A DNA stretch of 64,000 nucleotides from Acidobacteriota bacterium (GTDB lineage: Bacteria > Acidobacteriota > UBA6911), in contig DATJPG010000042.1 of NCBI GenBank assembly GCA_035506515.1, forward strand, positions 11,235 to 75,234, read 5' to 3'. The notes below the pieces were generated by a model. It saw only the letters and a list, made by a program, of their open reading frames with translations, had not been told where the DNA came from and searched no databases. Position numbers and translations under genes: made by a program. Positions 44,708 through 54,713 of the stretch are shown in pieces; within the stretch, counting starts at the first letter, position 1, and the number at the start of each line of letters is the position of its first letter.

Positions 44708-46162
44708 TCAATAGCGGTAATGGTCCGGCTTATACGGACCATCGATGGGAACGCCGATATAGTCGGCCTGCTTCTGAGTCAGCGTGGTCAGCTTGACACC
44801 GATCTTTTCCAGGTGCAGCCGCGCAACTTCCTCGTCGAGCCTCTTTGGCAGGCGGTATACGGCCGGCTTGTATTCGGCGCGATGCGTCCACAGGTCGAGT
44901 TGGGCGAGGCATTGGTTTGTAAATGAATTCGACATGACGAAGCTCGGGTGCCCTTCGGCGCAGCCGAGATTGACGAGACGGCCTTCGGCCAGAAGATAAA
45001 TGCTCTGATTCCCGGGCAAGTCGTAGCGATCTACCTGCGGCTTGATGTTGACCTTCCGCACGCCGGGAGCCTGATTCAGCCGGTCCACCTGAATTTCATT
45101 GTCGAAGTGCCCGATGTTGCAGACAATCGCCTGGTCCTTCATTTTGAGAATGTGCTCCAGCGTGATGACGTCGCGGTTTCCAGTACAGGTGACATAGATG
45201 TCGCCTTCGCCAAGAGTTTCTTCAAGGCGTGTCACCTCGAATCCTTCCATCGCGGCCTGCAGCGCATTGATCGGATCGATTTCCGTAACGATCACGCGCG
45301 CGCCAAAGCCCCGCAGCGAATGCGCGCTTCCTTTGCCAACGTCGCCGTATCCGCAGACGACGGCCGTTTTACCGGCAATCATCACACCCAGTGCGCGCTT
45401 GAGCCCGTCGGCCAGCGATTCGCGGCATCCATACAAATTATCGAATTTTGATTTCGTGACGGAGTCGTTGACATTAATGGCGGGCACGAGCAGCTGGCCG
45501 GCTTCGAGCATTTGGTACAGGCGATGCACGCCGGTTGTCGTTTCTTCGCTCACCCCCTTCCATCCTTTGACGGCTTCCGTGAACCATCCGGGACGGTCCT
45601 GTGCGCACTTTTTGAGGAGGTTCTTGATTACTTGCTCCTCGTGACTGGCGGCCGGCGCTTTCACCCAATCGCTTCCCTGTTCCATGTCATAGCCCTTATG
45701 CAGCAGAAGCGTGGCGTCGCCTCCATCGTCGACAACAAGCTCCGGACCCTGATTGCCCGGATGCGTGAGAGCTGCCAGCGTGAAGTCCCAGTATTCCTCG
45801 AGGCTTTCCCCCTTGAATGCGAAAACCGGAATTCCGGCGGCGGCCATCGCGGCTGCGGCGTGATCTTGCGTGCTGAAGATGTTACAGCTCGCCCAGCGCA
45901 CCGAAGCCCCCAGTCGCACCAGTGTTTCGATGAGAACCGCAGTTTCAATCGTCATGTGGAGCGATCCGGAAACGCGCACGCCCGCCAGCGGCTTTTGCAG
46001 GCCGTATTTCTCGCGAACGGCCATCAGCCCGGGCATCTCCTGCTCGGCAACCGAAATTTCCTTCCGGCCCCATTCCGCAAGACTGAGGTCGCGAACGCAG
46101 TAATCGAAATCTTTCTTCGGGAGAGTCTGGCTACTGGCATCAATCCCCGCTAATTGAGACAT
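44708..46162 (-). CDS. ahcY: Adenosylhomocysteinase (S-adenosyl-L-homocysteine hydrolase)
   Basis: 484 aa with a Rossmann NAD motif ([10 protein letters not shown]) and conserved AhcY blocks throughout. Confidence 0.93.
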   Translation of the reverse strand: MSQLAGIDASSQTLPKKDFDYCVRDLSLAEWGRKEISVAEQEMPGLMAVREKYGLQKPLAGVRVSGSLHMTIETAVLIETLVRLGASVRWASCNIFSTQDHAAAAMAAAGIPVFAFKGESLEEYWDFTLAALTHPGNQGPELVVDDGGDATLLLHKGYDMEQGSDWVKAPAASHEEQVIKNLLKKCAQDRPGWFTEAVKGWKGVSEETTTGVHRLYQMLEAGQLLVPAINVNDSVTKSKFDNLYGCRESLADGLKRALGVMIAGKTAVVCGYGDVGKGSAHSLRGFGARVIVTEIDPINALQAAMEGFEVTRLEETLGEGDIYVTCTGNRDVITLEHILKMKDQAIVCNIGHFDNEIQVDRLNQAPGVRKVNIKPQVDRYDLPGNQSIYLLAEGRLVNLGCAEGHPSFVMSNSFTNQCLAQLDLWTHRAEYKPAVYRLPKRLDEEVARLHLEKIGVKLTTLTQKQADYIGVPIDGPYKPDHYRY

Positions 46163-46228
46163 ATGCTGGCTTCCTTTTCAGAGGAGAAAAATTTATAGGC
46201 CGCCCACCGTGGGCTTCCAAAAAACATA

Positions 46229-46256
46229 TCGACAAATCCGGATAAGAGGATATAAT
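46229..46256 (+). promoter_or_regulatory. Candidate sigma70 promoter (TCGACA-N16-TATAAT) for the ArsR-methyltransferase regulator, overlapping an ATATC...GATAT inverted repeat
   Basis: A perfect -10 hexamer sits 65 bp upstream of the 46323 start in the divergent ahcY intergenic region. The ATATCgacaaatccggataagagGATAT palindrome is a candidate operator. Confidence 0.35.
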
Positions 46257-46322
46257 AAATCTGTCGGGTTCGTCAACTTAAATTTTTTGTGGTGGTGGAA
46301 GTTTTTCTGAGGAGCGCGGCCT

Positions 46323-47252
46323 ATGGCACCAGTTCTGAAGTCGTTGCGCGCGTTGTCGGATGCGACGCGCTTGAGAATCGTCGCACTGCTGGAAAAAAAT
46401 GAGCTGTCGGTTCAGGAACTTCAGGAGATCACCAGGCTGACGCAGTCGAGGATTTCGACGCACCTCGGACTGCTGCAGGAATCCGGGCTCGTGCAGTCGC
46501 GGCGCGAAGGAAAGCGCACGTTCTATAAGCTGAATGAAGGTTCCGGCGGGTGCGGATCGGAGGTTCTAAAACTGGCTTTTCAAGGTGCAGCCGAGATGCC
46601 GGAGCACTCCGGAGACCGGATCAATCTGAAACGGATTTTGAAGCGCAGGCAGGAACAAGACCAGGTTTATTTCAACCAGGTGGCAGGAAGATTCGATCGC
46701 GTTTACGGGCCCGGCCGTTCCTGGCAGGGATTCGGTCACTTGCTGCTTCGCATCGTGCCTCCTTTGGTCGTCGCAGATCTCGGTTCTGGAGAGGGTTTGC
46801 TGAGTGAGTTGCTGGCGCTGCGCTGCAAAAAAGTGATTGCCGTGGACAATTCCGAAAAGATCGTTGCGTTTGGCGCAGCCAAGGCAAGAAAAAACGGATT
46901 GCAAAACCTCGAGTTCCGGTTGGGCGATTTGCAGAATCCTCCGATCGATCCCGGAAGCGTAGACCTTGTCATATTAAGTCAGGCGTTGCATCATGCAGAG
47001 GATCCTGCGGCGGCCATAGTCGCGGCGTATCGGCTGTTGCGCGTTCGTGGTCAAATACTGATTCTGGATTTATTGAAGCACAGGTTTGAGAAGGCGCGCG
47101 ATTCCTATGGAGACCGCTGGCTCGGTTTCGCGGAGAGCGATCTCCACCGCTGGTTGGAGGATGCCGGCCTCAGAAACATCGAAATCAGCGTTGTAGCCAG
47201 AGAGGAAGCCCCCCCGCACTTTCAAACAATCCTCGCCTGCGGCGAAAAATAG
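46323..47252 (+). CDS. sahR: ArsR/SmtB-family HTH regulator fused to a SAM-methyltransferase-like domain (SahR-like SAH-responsive regulator)
   Basis: N-terminal ArsR wHTH (LSDATRLRIVALLEKNELSVQELQEITRLTQSRISTHLGLLQESGLV) plus a C-terminal class-I methyltransferase fold (VADLGSGEG). It is divergent from ahcY, as described for SahR. Confidence 0.7.
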   Translation: MAPVLKSLRALSDATRLRIVALLEKNELSVQELQEITRLTQSRISTHLGLLQESGLVQSRREGKRTFYKLNEGSGGCGSEVLKLAFQGAAEMPEHSGDRINLKRILKRRQEQDQVYFNQVAGRFDRVYGPGRSWQGFGHLLLRIVPPLVVADLGSGEGLLSELLALRCKKVIAVDNSEKIVAFGAAKARKNGLQNLEFRLGDLQNPPIDPGSVDLVILSQALHHAEDPAAAIVAAYRLLRVRGQILILDLLKHRFEKARDSYGDRWLGFAESDLHRWLEDAGLRNIEISVVAREEAPPHFQTILACGEK

Positions 47253-47306
47253 CCCAAACTCCGGGGCATACTCTGGACACCCATCTAACTTCACAATCCA
47301 TAAGTC

Positions 47307-47370
47307 GATCGGGGTCGGAATCGGATTCGGTATCGCTTAAGCTTTTCGCTTCCCGATTTCGACTCCGATA
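47307..47370. repeat. REP-like palindromic element, family 1, copy C
   Basis: gatcggggtcggaatcggattcggtatcgc...cccgatttcgactccgata, downstream of the sahR-like stop. Confidence 0.6.
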
Positions 47371-47602
47371 ATACTGTTTAAGCCGCTTTGAGCGGCTCAT
47401 AGGCTAAAGCCTCCGGCTCTGTCGGATGATAGTTACCCATTTCTTAATCATTGGGGAGACAAGACTTTGACGCCCAGCTTTCATTGAGTGAGTTTTAGCA
47501 GCATTGCAAGCTAAAGCTCTCAATTCTTTTCGACGATGAGTAGGTGTACATGCGTTTCTGGCCTGATACCGGGTACAGATATTTGGGGAACGAGCGATCC
47601 TT

Positions 47603-48334
47603 ATGCAGAAAAAGCAACTTCCGAGCCTGTATCTTCAGTCTCCTAAACTTAACCAGCTGAACATATTGAAACAAGTGGCCGCCGACGCGCATATCACGCA
47701 GGCCGAACTTGCTGCCTGCTGCTCGCTTTCCGTGGCAATGGTGAACAATTACATGAAGGAGTTATGCAGAACTGGCCTGATGGAATATCATCGCAGAACA
47801 ATCAAAAGCGTGACCTACCATCTGACACCTGCCGGCTCGGCGCAGCTGGAAGTCCTGCACCGCGAGTTGATGCGCGAAATGCTTGACATGTTTGTGGCGT
47901 CTAAAGAGCAGGTCCTTGCCTGTATCAAGAGCCAGGCGCCGGCTGGCCTCCGACGCGTGATCCTGTTTGGTAGCGGACATATGGCGCAATTGGTATTTCA
48001 CGCGCTCGAGCTGGCGAATGTGAATATCCTTGGGGTTTGCGACGACGATTTGGATCTGATCGGAAGCGATTTCTGCGGGCGCGAGGTGATGAGTTTTTCG
48101 CAGGTGCGTTTTCTTTCTCCGGATGCGGCGATTGTAGCAAGAGTGCCCCGTACGGAAGAGGCATATCGAGGTCTGGCATCTCTTGCGGATCGAGATATTA
48201 GGGTCATTCGCCTCGATGGCCCGGCTCTTCCTACGATTGCAGAACACACCGAAGTGACAACTCCCGCAATTTCCCCAAATGAAATATCCGCAAAAAAATC
48301 AAGCTTGCCCTTATTCCGCTCAGAAAACAGGTAA
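47603..48334 (+). CDS. Putative regulator: N-terminal winged-HTH plus a C-terminal NeuD/PglD-like Rossmann-type domain
   Basis: HTH-like HITQAELAACCSLSVAMVNNYMKEL. RVILFGSGHMAQLVFHALELANVNILGVCDDD resembles the N-terminal nucleotide-binding-like domain of NeuD-type acyltransferases, but no hexapeptide-repeat region follows. Confidence 0.4.
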   Translation: MQKKQLPSLYLQSPKLNQLNILKQVAADAHITQAELAACCSLSVAMVNNYMKELCRTGLMEYHRRTIKSVTYHLTPAGSAQLEVLHRELMREMLDMFVASKEQVLACIKSQAPAGLRRVILFGSGHMAQLVFHALELANVNILGVCDDDLDLIGSDFCGREVMSFSQVRFLSPDAAIVARVPRTEEAYRGLASLADRDIRVIRLDGPALPTIAEHTEVTTPAISPNEISAKKSSLPLFRSENR

Positions 48335-48340
48335 GGCGCC

Positions 48341-49375
48341 TTACAGCTTCCTGGATGCTTTCCTTCTGACTGAACCAAAAAGACCATTCCATATTTTAGG
48401 CGCGGGATAGAAGACTATCGTGCGCAGCAGCAGTCGCCATGTGTCGGACTGGGCGATTCTTATATGAAACCTGTCGTCCAGCACATTGCCGCGCCGGAGA
48501 TCCTCGATGGTCCGTACACCGATAAGGATCGGCCACGAGCAAGCGAGGCGGACGCGCATGTAGCGGGCCGGCAGCATAGTGGTGTAAAGCCAGCCGGCCG
48601 CTAAATGATCCTCTGTTTGACGCAGGTACTCTTCATATAGCGGACGGAACCGGTCCATTTGAGAGGCATCAAGCAAATCCCGCGGCTGCAGACCGTGCTT
48701 CGATAATTGATCTTGCGGGATATAGCATCGGCCCTGGCGCAAATCCCTGGGCAAATCGCGCAATATGTTTACCAACTGCAGGCCTTTGCCAAATCGGGTG
48801 CCGTTGGCCAGGAGGATGGAGTCATCCAACGCTTCATCGGGAAACACGTGGGCGCGGCACATTTTTGTCCAGAATTCTCCGACACAGCCCGCGACGCTGT
48901 AGATATACCTGTCAAGATCCCATTGGGTGTCTAAAGCCACGATCCGGTCTGCGGATGCATTGTGAAACCGCTGCAGATCCATTTCCTGACCGCTTGTGAT
49001 TATTTCTAATACGTGACCAACATGACGGCGGTCTTCGGCGGAAAACTGGCGCAAATCATCCAGGATGTCTCCGAGATTCTCCAATAAAATGCGCTCTGCA
49101 GGATTCCCTTTTCCGGCGACCGTTGTCTGCGCTGCACTGAGATCCCCGAGATCGGGAAGCGCCGGCTTTTCCCCTTGGCAGGCTTCCTGGATGCTCTTTC
49201 GCATTTGCTGCAATGCCTCCATCCTTCTACGGGCTTCGATCAGCTCCGTGTCGGCAACCGTATCGGTTGCTCTGGCCAGCAAGTAAGCCAGGCTCAGCTG
49301 CGGATTCACGGATCGCGGCAGGATACGCAACGTCAGATAAAATGATCTTGAGACCTGTCTTAATAAATCCCGCAT
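48341..49375 (-). CDS. Squalene/phytoene synthase family protein (HpnC/HpnD-like)
   Basis: 344 aa with a trans-isoprenyl diphosphate synthase head-to-head fold (YLLARATDTVAD aspartate-rich motif 1; second DxxxD-like region). Confidence 0.75.
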   Translation of the reverse strand: MRDLLRQVSRSFYLTLRILPRSVNPQLSLAYLLARATDTVADTELIEARRRMEALQQMRKSIQEACQGEKPALPDLGDLSAAQTTVAGKGNPAERILLENLGDILDDLRQFSAEDRRHVGHVLEIITSGQEMDLQRFHNASADRIVALDTQWDLDRYIYSVAGCVGEFWTKMCRAHVFPDEALDDSILLANGTRFGKGLQLVNILRDLPRDLRQGRCYIPQDQLSKHGLQPRDLLDASQMDRFRPLYEEYLRQTEDHLAAGWLYTTMLPARYMRVRLACSWPILIGVRTIEDLRRGNVLDDRFHIRIAQSDTWRLLLRTIVFYPAPKIWNGLFGSVRRKASRKL

Positions 49376-49490
49376 AATGGGTGAATTGAAGCACAGAATG
49401 ATTGCTCAAAGGAAATGATTATTTTCCGGGATCTGAGTTCTTTGCGTCTTCGGAACTTCGGGTTAAACTCCAGAATTCGAAGAGAGGCCT

Positions 49491-51752
49491 ATGAATATTT
49501 TGGAACTGTTAGCGCAGGAACTTTCACTCGGACCGAGTCAGATACAGAGTGCATTGTCTTTGTTTGCGGAGGGAGGGACAGTCCCTTTTATCGCCCGCTA
49601 CCGCAAAGAGAGAACCGGGGAAATGAATGAAGTGCAGCTTCGCGCACTTCTCGAAAGGCATACGTACCTCACCGAGCTCGAGGAACGGAAGGGGACAATT
49701 CTCAAATCGATCGAAGAACAGGGAAAACTCACCGAAGAACTCAAATCCAAAATTGAAGATTGCCTCCGGAAGACGGAACTCGAGGATTTATATCTCCCCT
49801 ATAAGCCGAAAAAACGTACCCGAGCGACGATTGCCAGGGAGAAGGGGCTCGAGCCATTGTCGCTGTTCGTGAAAAGCGTGAACACGAGCGATGCGCCGCC
49901 CGCCGATCTGAATGCTGAGGCCGCCCAATATATTTCCGAGGAGCGAGGCGTGCAAAGCGCCAACGATGCGCTTCAAGGCGCATCGGACATTCTTGCGGAA
50001 GAGGTTTCGGAAAAAGCCGGACTGCGCCAGCACCTGCGCGAATATCTAATGAACGAAGGTTATTTCGTTTCCGGCATCAAGGAAGAGTTTGCCGAAGGAA
50101 CAACCAAGTTTGAGATGTATCGCAACTATAAAGTCAGGGTGAAAGATATCGCACCCCACAATATGCTGGCTTTGCGGCGCGGGGAAACGGAAGGAGTCCT
50201 CACGTTCACGATCGAATTCGATGCCGCGGCTGTATCTGCGTATCTCGAATCTCAGGAAATTCACACAACGGCTGCAAGTGTGCGCGGTTTTTACCAGGCG
50301 ATGTTGGCGGACGCTTTCGAACGTCTGATGAAAACCACGCTGATCGGGGAAGTTCGCCTGGAGAAAAAGACGGCAGCAGACCGGGAATCGATCGGCACTT
50401 TTGAAGCGAACCTCAGGGAACTGCTGCTTTCCAGCCCTGCCGGCATGAAACCGACGCTGGGTGTGGATCCCGGATTTCGTACCGGCTGTAAAGTTGCTGC
50501 CGTGGATAAAACGGGCAAGCTGCTTGAATATGTAACCATTCATCCTCACAAGTCGGATACAGAACGCACGCAGGCAGCGGAAACTCTGAAAAAGCTGATT
50601 GAAAAACACAACATTGAGCTGATCGCGATCGGCAATGGAACCGCGGGGCGTGAAACGGAGGCGTTTGTTACAGAAGTTTTCGCGCAGATCGATGCAAAAC
50701 CAATCAAGGTGATGGTGAGTGAAGCGGGAGCGTCGGTTTATTCGGCGAGCGAGGTGGCGATTGAAGAGTTCCCGGATTTGGATTTGACCGCGCGCGGCGC
50801 AATCAGCATCGCCCGCAGGCTTCAGGATCCGCTTGCGGAGCTGGTGAAAATCGATCCCAAATCCATTGGCGTCGGGCAATACCAGCATGACGTCGATCAA
50901 AAGCTGCTCAAGGAGAAACTCAACCACACAGTCGAGAGCTGCGTGAATTATGTCGGCGTCGACTTGAACCTCGCATCGAAAGAGCTCATGAGTTTTGTCG
51001 CGGGCATGTCTTCTTCTGTGGCCAGGAATGTCGTAGCGTACCGCAATGCGCATGGCGCTTTCCGGAATCGGGGAGAGCTGCTCGAGGTCCCGAAGTTTGG
51101 ACCCAAAACGTTTGAACAGGCGGCAGGATTTTTGCGAATCCGCAACGGAGAGAATCCTCTCGACAACACGGCGGTTCATCCGGAAAGTTACGCCATTGTG
51201 GAGAAAATGGCGCGCGATCTTGACGTATCCCTGGATCGCGTTACCAGGAATCCGGGCAGATTCAGCGCACTGGACCTGCAACGTTACGTCACAGATGCAG
51301 TTGGCGAACCGACTCTGCGCGACATTGTTGCGGAGTTGGAAAAACCGGGCCGCGATCCGCGCGCTGAATTTCGCTATGCAACGTTCAGGGAAGAAGTAAA
51401 GGAGATCAAAGATCTTGTTATAGGAATGAAGTTGGAAGGAATAGTAACCAACGTAGCCAATTTTGGAGCCTTCGTTGATATCGGGGTGCACCAGGACGGC
51501 CTCGTGCATGTTTCGCAGATGGCGGACCGGTTTGTCGACGACCCTAAAAAGGTCGTCAAGGTCGGGCAGATCGTGATGGTTCGGGTGCTTGAGGTAAATG
51601 AATCGCTGAAGCGGATTTCACTGTCGATGAAATCCTCCGGTCGACCCCCCAGCCCTCCTGTTCGCGAGAAGAAGGCCTCGGCTTCACCCGAAAGAAAGAT
51701 CCCCTCCGTTCGGGATTTGATGGCAAAGTTCAACAAATCCAGTTCAGGCTGA
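49491..51752 (+). CDS. tex: Transcription accessory protein Tex (YqgF/HhH/S1 domains)
   Basis: 753 aa. The N-terminus ILELLAQELSLGPSQIQSALSLFAEGGTVPFIARYRKE is the Tex signature, and a C-terminal S1 domain is present. Confidence 0.92.
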   Translation: MNILELLAQELSLGPSQIQSALSLFAEGGTVPFIARYRKERTGEMNEVQLRALLERHTYLTELEERKGTILKSIEEQGKLTEELKSKIEDCLRKTELEDLYLPYKPKKRTRATIAREKGLEPLSLFVKSVNTSDAPPADLNAEAAQYISEERGVQSANDALQGASDILAEEVSEKAGLRQHLREYLMNEGYFVSGIKEEFAEGTTKFEMYRNYKVRVKDIAPHNMLALRRGETEGVLTFTIEFDAAAVSAYLESQEIHTTAASVRGFYQAMLADAFERLMKTTLIGEVRLEKKTAADRESIGTFEANLRELLLSSPAGMKPTLGVDPGFRTGCKVAAVDKTGKLLEYVTIHPHKSDTERTQAAETLKKLIEKHNIELIAIGNGTAGRETEAFVTEVFAQIDAKPIKVMVSEAGASVYSASEVAIEEFPDLDLTARGAISIARRLQDPLAELVKIDPKSIGVGQYQHDVDQKLLKEKLNHTVESCVNYVGVDLNLASKELMSFVAGMSSSVARNVVAYRNAHGAFRNRGELLEVPKFGPKTFEQAAGFLRIRNGENPLDNTAVHPESYAIVEKMARDLDVSLDRVTRNPGRFSALDLQRYVTDAVGEPTLRDIVAELEKPGRDPRAEFRYATFREEVKEIKDLVIGMKLEGIVTNVANFGAFVDIGVHQDGLVHVSQMADRFVDDPKKVVKVGQIVMVRVLEVNESLKRISLSMKSSGRPPSPPVREKKASASPERKIPSVRDLMAKFNKSSSG

Positions 51753-51760
51753 TTTAGGGC

Positions 51761-52525
51761 ATGAGAACAATCATTGATACACATGCGCATTTGTGCGATC
51801 CGCTTTTTGACAGGGATATTGTGGGTGTCCTTGAAAGAGCACTGAACATTGGGGTATCCGGCATTGTTTCGGTGGGGGAAAATTTGGCGGATGCCCAAAA
51901 GAACCTTATGCTTGCGGCAGAGCATTCGATGATACGGGCTGCGGCAGGACTCTATCCCACCTATCTGGATTTGGCTGCAAGCGACCAGATGTGCGCCTTC
52001 ATCCGAAGACACCGGGAAAAACTCGCCGCTATCGGTGAGGTTGGCCTGGACTACTGGATCATCAAGGAAGAATCGCAACGAGAGATCCAGCGCGAAATTT
52101 TCCGGGGCTTTATCAAGCTGGGCAAGGAATTAGGCCTGCCGCTTAATGTGCACTCCCGTTCCGCCGGGCGGCACGCAGTGGGTGTCCTTCTGGAATCGTC
52201 GGCCGAACGTGTTCAACTGCACGCCTTTGACGGTAAGGTATCCGCGGCCATGCCCGCAGCGGATGCCGGCTTTTTCTTCTCCATTCCGCCGTCGATTGTC
52301 CGGTCTGAACAAAAGCAAAAGCTCGCAAAAGTCCTTCCGCTATCCTGCCTTCTTGTCGAGACCGACAGCCCTGTTCTCGGCCCGGCGCCGCAGGAGCGGA
52401 ATGAGCCTGCGAACGCCTCCATTGCGCTTAAGATGATCGCGGAGCTAAGAGGCATGCCCGTAGACGAAACAGCGGAAGCGATCGCGGAAAACACCTATCG
52501 TCTTTATGGGAATGCTATTTCATAG
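51761..52525 (+). CDS. tatD: TatD-family metal-dependent hydrolase/DNase
   Basis: [11 protein letters not shown] followed by His and Asp metal ligands. 254 aa. Confidence 0.85.
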   Translation: MRTIIDTHAHLCDPLFDRDIVGVLERALNIGVSGIVSVGENLADAQKNLMLAAEHSMIRAAAGLYPTYLDLAASDQMCAFIRRHREKLAAIGEVGLDYWIIKEESQREIQREIFRGFIKLGKELGLPLNVHSRSAGRHAVGVLLESSAERVQLHAFDGKVSAAMPAADAGFFFSIPPSIVRSEQKQKLAKVLPLSCLLVETDSPVLGPAPQERNEPANASIALKMIAELRGMPVDETAEAIAENTYRLYGNAIS

Positions 52526-52974
52526 CCTTCATCGACATCCAAACGCAACCCACGGGCTGCAGTCGTCGCCAACTCATCACAGCGCTCGTTTTCGCTGTGC
52601 CCGGCATGGCCGCGAAGCCACTCAAATTGCACATTGTGCGTCTTACACAGGTTCAGGAGCTTTTCCCAGAGATCCGGATTGATGGCCTTTTCTTTTCTGT
52701 TCCGCATCCATCCGTTTGCCTGCCAGCGCCGTGCCCATCCCAGATGAATCGCGTTGACGAGGTACTGCGAATCGCTATAAAGAGTCACGCTGCAAGGCTC
52801 TTTAAGCGCGTCGAGTCCCGCAATCGCGGCAAACAGCTCCATGCGGTTATTGGTGGTTTTGCGGAATCCCCCAGAGAGTTCTTTGCGATGCGAGTTGTAC
52901 AACATCACGACGCCATAGCCGCCGGGCCCCGGATTGTTGATGCACGCGCCATCGGTATAGAGAATCACCGTTTT
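52504..52974 (-). CDS. rnhA: Ribonuclease HI
   Basis: [24 protein letters not shown]...TNNRMEL...DSQY are the RNase H catalytic motifs. The start is at the internal Met; the ORF track extends to 53016. Confidence 0.88.
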   Translation of the reverse strand, partial: KTVILYTDGACINNPGPGGYGVVMLYNSHRKELSGGFRKTTNNRMELFAAIAGLDALKEPCSVTLYSDSQYLVNAIHLGWARRWQANGWMRNRKEKAINPDLWEKLLNLCKTHNVQFEWLRGHAGHSENERCDELATTAARGLRLDVDEGYEIAFP

Positions 52975-53024
52975 CATATACCCGTCATCGGCAAACCATA
53001 ATAGGTCTCGGTTCACGCGAAAAA

Positions 53025-53879
53025 TTATTCTTGTGTCACTGTGGGCGCAGGTGCCTTGGGGATATCCTTATTCGCGACCCAATCTTTAACGGGCGGAGCT
53101 ACGGAAGTAGCTTGCTTCTGTTTTCGCAATCCAAAAGCCCTCAGAAAAGCGTCCTTTTTGGCCAGCTGGATCGCCAAGGCGGGATCCACGCCCTTCGGGC
53201 ATACCTGCGAACACGCACCGGCGAAATGACAGCGATAGACTCCATGACTGGAATACATCTCCTTCGCTCTTTCTTTCGCTCCTTCATCGCGCGTATCCGT
53301 CATATAGCGCCACCCCTGGGTCAAAGCCTGAGGCCCGGTATATTCCTCTGAAGTTGCGACCGTCGGGCAAGCCGACATGCACAGGCCGCATTTGATGCAG
53401 TAAGCGAACTGAATATAATTCAGCAGCTCCTCCTCTGACTGGAAGTATTCCCCCGTTGGAAGGTTCTGCTCCGCCAGGTCTTTCCGGACCAGGTTAGGCT
53501 TCACCGAGCGGTGCTTGGAGAACAGGCTCTCCAGATCAGGGACCAAGTCCCGTATGATGTCGAAATTGGGCAGAGGTTTAACCACCACCACATCCGAATG
53601 CAGATGCACGATCTGGTTGTTGCAGGCGAGACGGGGCAATCCATTGATAAACATGCCGCAGGATCCGCAGATGCCCATGCGGCACGAAGATCTCCACGAG
53701 AGCGTGCGATCCTCGTGCTCTTTGATCCAGGTCAATCCATCCAGAACTGTCATTCCTTTTGTAACCGGAACAACATATTGCCGCAGCTTTGGCTCTGCAT
53801 CCTTTTCGGGATTGTATCGCAACACTTCAAAACGAACTGTTTTGATTATTACTAAATCCTTCGCCGACGATCCGCTCAT
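53025..53879 (-). CDS. sdhB: Succinate dehydrogenase/fumarate reductase iron-sulfur subunit
   Basis: 2Fe-2S CxxxxCxxC motif (CRMGICGSC) and ferredoxin-type Cys clusters ([24 protein letters not shown]). The start is at the Met after GGGAG. Confidence 0.9.
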   Translation of the reverse strand: MSGSSAKDLVIIKTVRFEVLRYNPEKDAEPKLRQYVVPVTKGMTVLDGLTWIKEHEDRTLSWRSSCRMGICGSCGMFINGLPRLACNNQIVHLHSDVVVVKPLPNFDIIRDLVPDLESLFSKHRSVKPNLVRKDLAEQNLPTGEYFQSEEELLNYIQFAYCIKCGLCMSACPTVATSEEYTGPQALTQGWRYMTDTRDEGAKERAKEMYSSHGVYRCHFAGACSQVCPKGVDPALAIQLAKKDAFLRAFGLRKQKQATSVAPPVKDWVANKDIPKAPAPTVTQE

Positions 53880-53881
53880 GG

Positions 53882-54253
53882 CTATGCTCCCTTCAATCGA
53901 AACACCGCGATCGCAGCATAGCTTCCGTAAATAAACAGAGCAAAGCCGCCGACGGCACACAGGCCACCGATGAGTTTTTCGACGGTTTTCGAAAGCGATA
54001 ATTCAAAAATCATGCTGCGGAGGCCATAGAGTCCATGAAACAAAGCCGTTCCCAGCAACAAAATATACGTGATCATAAAGAATAACTGCTGACTGCGATG
54101 GAAAACCTCGGCAGACTTGGTTGGCTCGGCCGACCCGATCCCAAACGCATTTAAAATTGCACCCAGATGCATGATTCCCATATGAAAGCCCAACAATACG
54201 AGAATGATCACCGCAGTAAGAATATGCCAGGACCAGAGTTTTGATTCGCGCAT
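53882..54253 (-). CDS. sdhD: Succinate dehydrogenase hydrophobic membrane anchor subunit
   Basis: 123 aa with 3 TM helices, lying between sdhC and sdhB. Confidence 0.65.
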   Translation of the reverse strand: MRESKLWSWHILTAVIILVLLGFHMGIMHLGAILNAFGIGSAEPTKSAEVFHRSQQLFFMITYILLLGTALFHGLYGLRSMIFELSLSKTVEKLIGGLCAVGGFALFIYGSYAAIAVFRLKGA

Positions 54254-54262
54254 GACTCCCTC

Positions 54263-54709
54263 CTATTTCATCATGTGATAAAAATCTGCGCCGCCGATGA
54301 TCATGAGAACCGCCGCGAGAACCATCACGACCACAAAAAGCGGTCTCTGCCGCAGGGTTGAATAATGATATGGAAACGACGGGAGCCCGGGCCTGCCGAC
54401 TAAATATCCGAGTTCCACCATGATGAGCCGGATCCCATTGAGCGCGTGATAGGCAAACGCCAGGAAAACCAGGAACTCGCCTATTTTGAATAATGGGTTG
54501 CTTAGGGTTGCCATGGTTTGATCCCATTTCGCATGGCCGCTGATGCGAGACCCGGTGACAAAGATATGCATGAGGAAATAAGCCAGGATGCCGAGGCCGC
54601 TCAAGCGGTGCAGTGCATATGCATAGCGTTCCGCCCCGTAGCGCCCTCCGCTGAGCCAGCCCAAAAGGCCTAGATTATTTTTGAATCTGTTCTGCATAGG
54701 TGCTCCCAT
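54263..54709 (-). CDS. sdhC: Succinate dehydrogenase cytochrome b subunit
   Basis: 148 aa, polytopic, with His heme ligands. The alternative start at 54697 has a GGGAG RBS. Confidence 0.65.
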   Translation of the reverse strand: MGAPMQNRFKNNLGLLGWLSGGRYGAERYAYALHRLSGLGILAYFLMHIFVTGSRISGHAKWDQTMATLSNPLFKIGEFLVFLAFAYHALNGIRLIMVELGYLVGRPGLPSFPYHYSTLRQRPLFVVVMVLAAVLMIIGGADFYHMMK

Positions 54710-54713
54710 CTTT

